NCBI GenBank assembly: GCA_964390725.1
Contig: CAYMIW010000002.1
Location: forward strand, 6,875-70,874
Source of the DNA: an uncultured Syntrophomonadaceae bacterium
GTDB lineage: Bacteria > Bacillota > Dethiobacteria > DTU022
DNA: 64,000 nt
Reading direction: 5' to 3'
Shown: positions 59,962 to 64,000 of the stretch, piece by piece
Layout: each line of letters opens with the position of its first letter
Numbering within the stretch: the first letter of the stretch is position 1
Position numbers and translations under genes: made by a program
The notes under the pieces: generated by a model
Databases searched by the model: none
What the model saw: only the letters and a program-made list of their open reading frames with translations
What the model was told of the DNA's origin: nothing

Positions 59962-61260
59962 TTAATTTGACATAAAACTGGGCAGGAAAGTGGCAATCTG
60001 GGGAAACGCCATAATTAAAGCAGAAGATACAATTAAAGCAATCCAGAAAGGAATAACCCCGCTGAATACAGTCTCAAGCTTGATTTTTGTTATTCCGGAA
60101 GTAACTACGCTAACCACGCCAACGGGCGGCGTTAGGAATCCGATTAATATCATTAGAATGCTCACAATACCATACCAGATGCCGTCATATCCGGCATTGA
60201 TGATTAGCGGGTAGAAGAGGCTTGTATAAATAACCAGGGTAGCCATGGCATCCATGAAGAAACCGGAAATAAAATAAGCGGCAAAAATTGTAACCAGCAA
60301 TAACAGGGGAGGCATATCAATCATATAGCTGGTTAGGACAAGTGGAATTTTAGAGACAGATACAAAATTGCCGAATACAACTCCTCCAATAACTATTACC
60401 ATTAGCATTCCTGTAACCTTAATAGTATCGTAGAAAGCACTGAAAAAATTCTTAATTTGCATCCGCCTGGTCAGCAAGGCGAAAACTAGAGCAAGAAATG
60501 CTCCCATAGCGCCACCTTCGGTTGGAGTAAAAACTCCAAGGTAGATGCCGCCCATAGTAAACAGAAAGATCAGGGGCACCGGCCATATTGGTTTTAAGGA
60601 CCCTAATCTTTCCTGTATGGAAGCCTTTTCCTTACCAGGTGCCAATTCAGGTTTTATCGATACCATAATATAAGCAGTAATGGCTAACAAGGCTGCAGTT
60701 ATTATGCCTGGTATAACTCCAGCGATTAGAAGCTGACCAATTGATTCTTCTGTCAAAACCCCATAAATAATTAATACTGAACTTGGTGGGATCAAAATGC
60801 CCAGAGTGCTACCGGAAGCCACACTTCCTGCAGCCAGGCTATCCTTATAATTCAAGCGACGCATTTCCGGAACGGCAATTGCCGCGATTGTTGCAGTGGT
60901 AGCTATAACAGAGCCGGAAACAGCTGCAAAAACAGCACAGGTGACAATTGCAGCAATTGCCAGTCCACCTTTTATATGGCCTAACCATTTGTCAAAGGCA
61001 AGAAAAATATCTCTTCCCATTCCAGAGGAACCGATAAACATGCCCATTAAAGTAAACATGGGAATAACACTCAAACTATAACTATGAGCATTGTTAAAAA
61101 GATCAGTGCCAAGTTTTGCCAGGGCTGCAGAAGGGCTAATGATTGCACCATACCCCACTACACCAACCAGAAGCATAGCGAAACCGATTGGTACCCTGAG
61201 CAAAATTAAAACAAATAATAATATTACACCTAGTAAACCGATTAGCTCAGGACTCATCAA
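59962..61260 (-). CDS. TRAP transporter large permease (DctM family)
   Basis: 432-aa polytopic membrane protein with DctM-like sequence throughout. Confidence 0.85.
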   Translation of the reverse strand: MMSPELIGLLGVILLFVLILLRVPIGFAMLLVGVVGYGAIISPSAALAKLGTDLFNNAHSYSLSVIPMFTLMGMFIGSSGMGRDIFLAFDKWLGHIKGGLAIAAIVTCAVFAAVSGSVIATTATIAAIAVPEMRRLNYKDSLAAGSVASGSTLGILIPPSSVLIIYGVLTEESIGQLLIAGVIPGIITAALLAITAYIMVSIKPELAPGKEKASIQERLGSLKPIWPVPLIFLFTMGGIYLGVFTPTEGGAMGAFLALVFALLTRRMQIKNFFSAFYDTIKVTGMLMVIVIGGVVFGNFVSVSKIPLVLTSYMIDMPPLLLLVTIFAAYFISGFFMDAMATLVIYTSLFYPLIINAGYDGIWYGIVSILMILIGFLTPPVGVVSVVTSGITKIKLETVFSGVIPFWIALIVSSALIMAFPQIATFLPSFMSN

Positions 61261-61750
61261 CTTCTTCTCCCCTTAATTTTTTTATTGATTCAACAAAATC
61301 CCACATTAAAGCAATTACCAGCACCAGCATCCCAATGGCAGCTAGATAAATCCATGGATGAATTGGCCAACGTAAAACGCTTGTGAATTGACCGACAGAT
61401 TGAATTCTTTGTGCATATTGCAATGTATGCCAAAACGCTAATGAAAACATCCCGACTCCAATTATTACACTGAATAAATCCAGGATCCCCTGAATTCTAA
61501 TTTTGAACTTTGAGTAAAGAATAGTTATAAACAGGTTTTCCTTTTTAAACTGGGCAACCGCAAAAGCAAAAAAAACAGAAATTGCAAAAAGGAGCCGCGT
61601 CAGTTCAAAGGTTCCGGAGATCGGCCGGTTAAAAAAATATCTTCCAACCACATCGCCGACTGTTAGAAAAAGCATAATAAAAATAGCAAGTATCGCAATC
61701 CATGCAGCGGCTTCGGTGATATTGCCTATAACACGTTTTATTAAATTCAT
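61247..61750 (-). CDS. TRAP transporter small permease (DctQ family)
   Basis: 167 aa, four TM helices. Overlaps the dctM-like start. Confidence 0.7.
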   Translation of the reverse strand: MNLIKRVIGNITEAAAWIAILAIFIMLFLTVGDVVGRYFFNRPISGTFELTRLLFAISVFFAFAVAQFKKENLFITILYSKFKIRIQGILDLFSVIIGVGMFSLAFWHTLQYAQRIQSVGQFTSVLRWPIHPWIYLAAIGMLVLVIALMWDFVESIKKLRGEEVDES

Positions 61751-61823
61751 TCAGACCACCTCTATAATAGCTCCGGCCTTCAGCTTTAAATTTAGCTAAA
61801 GGCCGGAGCACATATTTTACTGG

Positions 61824-62900
61824 CTACCGGTACTGCTCAGCATACTGAAGCACCAGATCATATAGTTCCTGACCAGGCTTCCCGGCATCCTCCAACTCCT
61901 GAACCCATCCCTGAATAAGAGGGTCCACGGCTTCGTGGAAAGCTGCCATATCATCATCGGAGAACCTGACAATATTCAAACCTTCTTCTACTGCAAGATC
62001 CATTGCATGTTCTATCTCTTCATCATATTGTTTCCCGATTTTTTCAGGGAACTCATCAAGCAATGCCATAATTGCCTCTTGATCCTGTGGTGCGATGTTG
62101 TTCCAACGATCAAGGTTCATGAAGAATATAAACGGGGTAGTATACATGTCAAGCTCAATTATAGTGTCTGTTACTTCAATCAAACGGAAGGAGATTAAAG
62201 CTGAGGGAGCCATGAACGAACCGGTTACGATTCCGCGATCCATGGAGTCGTATAAATCACTAACCGGCAGAGTAACAGCAACCGCTCCAATTTCTTCTAT
62301 TACGTCATTGTAAATTGGGCCTGGAGACCTTAGCTGCAAGCCTCTCAGTTCATGCAATTCATCTGCGTTTCCCTTCATTAACAGGTGGCCGAGATCAGAA
62401 CCCCCGAACCAAAGCAACATTGTGTCTGTAAATTCATGTTCTCTTAACATTGGGGTAATTGCAGCCGCAGTTAAGTTTGCCTGTAAAGCAGAGTTAAAAA
62501 GGAATGGGTATTCAAGAACCTGGGCCATCGGGAAACGTCCCGCAGTATATGCCGGAAGCACAAAACCCATATCAACGACTCCACTGACTACTGCATCGTA
62601 AGTGTCACCAGGAGCTGCCAGCGCATTCCCCGGATGAATAACAATATTAATCCTACCCTCTGTTGCATCAAGTACGTCAGCTGCAAATGGTTCAAGAACA
62701 TTTGTGTGAAGGGGATGCATAGCCGACATGAAGTGGTTTAGATGTAATTCCATCGATGCTGCTTCCGGAGCAGGGGCTTCACCATTCTCTGTTTCTTCTT
62801 CTACTACAGTGCCACTATTTCCACCACAGCCGACAAGCATGGTGATACAAAGTAACAAAATGAACATGACAAATAATTTATTTTTGATATTCGTTGACAT
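61824..62900 (-). CDS. TRAP transporter substrate-binding lipoprotein (DctP family)
   Basis: Lipobox LVGCGG. DctP-like fold motifs. Confidence 0.75.
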   Translation of the reverse strand: MSTNIKNKLFVMFILLLCITMLVGCGGNSGTVVEEETENGEAPAPEAASMELHLNHFMSAMHPLHTNVLEPFAADVLDATEGRINIVIHPGNALAAPGDTYDAVVSGVVDMGFVLPAYTAGRFPMAQVLEYPFLFNSALQANLTAAAITPMLREHEFTDTMLLWFGGSDLGHLLMKGNADELHELRGLQLRSPGPIYNDVIEEIGAVAVTLPVSDLYDSMDRGIVTGSFMAPSALISFRLIEVTDTIIELDMYTTPFIFFMNLDRWNNIAPQDQEAIMALLDEFPEKIGKQYDEEIEHAMDLAVEEGLNIVRFSDDDMAAFHEAVDPLIQGWVQELEDAGKPGQELYDLVLQYAEQYR

Positions 62901-63468
62901 TAAAATCCTCCTCGTTAGAAATTAATTAATACCATTTAACCAGTGTAACAATTTCTTTTCTGATCACCCCCTGTTTTATTAAGCTGTTTTACAGTTTAAG
63001 ACGATTTATAGACAAGGTTTGTATAAGTTTTTGAGAAGCTACCTTACCAAAACCACAATGCAATTCCTATGCCATAGTCAATATTATCAAACCATTCATT
63101 AAGTTATTGCTATTAAAGGGAATAGTTACAGTAATAATAAAAATAAAACAATGTTGCATATATGGTTCAATAATTTATAGTAATTTCTCCATTTGTAATT
63201 AAATAGGTTCATTTATTATTTCCAGAAACAACCAATACTATCGGAAATAATTCTATCTATTCTAACCATTATTGACTGTTAGCTTTTTATATGTATTTAT
63301 AAATCAGATTTTGGCATATTATTTGCAGTAAGCAGTTAAGCGTAGTTAATTATTGTAATTGATGAGTTATTGCTGGCAAAGACGGAAAGATGAAATATGA
63401 GTAAAAAGTATGAAGGAAAGGAGCAGCTGTCTATAAATTGTATCAACAAATAATTGCAGAGGTGAAAT

Positions 63469-64000
63469 ATGTCTAAAAAATACTTAGGTTTATCTTTGGC
63501 AGTCGCGGTTTTAATAACAACAGCATTAATACCGCCTTTCTACGATCTCACAATGGCAGGCAAAAACACCCTTGGCCTATTGTTAGCTGGTCTTATTTTA
63601 TGGATTTTTAATGTGATACCAATCTCTGTCACGGCAATTTTACTAATTGTTTTACAACCTGTATACGGGATTGCCAGTATTGGTGAAGCGATTAAAAATT
63701 TTGCAAGCCCGGTTGTTTTCTTTGTTCTTGCCTCATTTGGACTATCGCTTGCTATTACATCTACCCCTTTGGCTTATCGCATGTTGAGGAAATTATTTTC
63801 ATTTTCTGGGAATGATTCAAAAAAAATTCTTTTAGTATTCATGATTACTACATGTCTCTTGTCCTCAATTATGTCAAACGTTCCTGTTGCTTCGCTAATG
63901 ATGGGGCTAGCTCTGGGAATATTAACTCGCATGGATGGTGAGAAGAAAGATTTGAATTTTGGAAAAGTCTTAATGATCGCCATTCCTTTCGCCGGAATGA
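63469..64000 (+). CDS. anion permease (DASS/ArsB-NhaD superfamily), 3'-truncated at window edge
   Basis: RBS gaggtg. Open frame of hydrophobic helices running to the end of the window. Confidence 0.5.
   Translation, partial: MSKKYLGLSLAVAVLITTALIPPFYDLTMAGKNTLGLLLAGLILWIFNVIPISVTAILLIVLQPVYGIASIGEAIKNFASPVVFFVLASFGLSLAITSTPLAYRMLRKLFSFSGNDSKKILLVFMITTCLLSSIMSNVPVASLMMGLALGILTRMDGEKKDLNFGKVLMIAIPFAGM

Noticed and set aside
1-64000. CRISPR arrays, rRNA and tRNA genes
   Set aside because: No regularly spaced 25-40 bp direct repeats, no rRNA-like conserved blocks and no cloverleaf-compatible tRNA sequences were seen in any intergenic region.

Overview
This 64 kb window appears to come from an anaerobic, low-GC Firmicutes (Clostridia-like) chromosome; the taxon is inferred from gene content only. 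Only the + strand is given, and most regions are densely coding.

Gene content by region:
- 1-520: the 3' end of an iron-chelate-type ABC ATPase gene.
- About 1.0-6.8 kb: an AT-rich accessory island. It holds an HNH nuclease-domain gene, an XRE HTH regulator overlapping an ImmA/IrrE-peptidase::Fic fusion gene, a second canonical class-II Fic gene preceded by four direct repeats, then YdeI-like and GNAT genes.
- 7.3-8.9 kb: a membrane PAS-GGDEF diguanylate cyclase.
- 9.9-17.8 kb: an Opp/Dpp-type ABC importer operon (binding protein, two permeases, fused double ATPase) followed by DUF917 and PucR-family regulator genes.
- 18.0-24.5 kb, minus strand: a branched-chain amino-acid catabolic operon. 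It encodes 2-oxoacid:ferredoxin oxidoreductase alpha/beta/gamma, an ACT-domain protein, Leu/Val dehydrogenase, a ferredoxin, and split B12-dependent acyl-CoA mutase large and small subunits. A GntR regulator is divergent upstream.
- 26.2-26.9 kb: a decayed IS3-family transposase remnant.
- 27.3-33.2 kb: an OmpR/HK two-component system plus a MacAB-like efflux module with a very long coiled-coil HlyD adaptor.
- 33.6-42.8 kb: a PLP decarboxylase, a TetR regulator, an M24 peptidase, an iron-sulfur flavoprotein, a RelE/ParE toxin fragment, and a TetR–DUF4097 pair sharing two perfect palindromic operators.
- 42.9-49.3 kb, minus strand: a GntR-regulated tandem duplication of a two-gene redox module (CrtI-like FAD oxidoreductase + FNR-like reductase with a plant-type 2Fe-2S domain).
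- 49.8-54.8 kb: a hybrid sensor kinase with a periplasmic solute-binding domain and Hpt, followed by a REC-PAS-degenerate GGDEF-EAL phosphodiesterase.
- 55.0-62.9 kb, minus strand: a TRAP transporter – CoA-transferase – HADH/ECH fusion – thiolase operon.
- 63.5-64.0 kb: the start of an anion permease gene.

No rRNA, tRNA or CRISPR array was seen. All calls are from reading the translations and DNA by eye; no searches were run.
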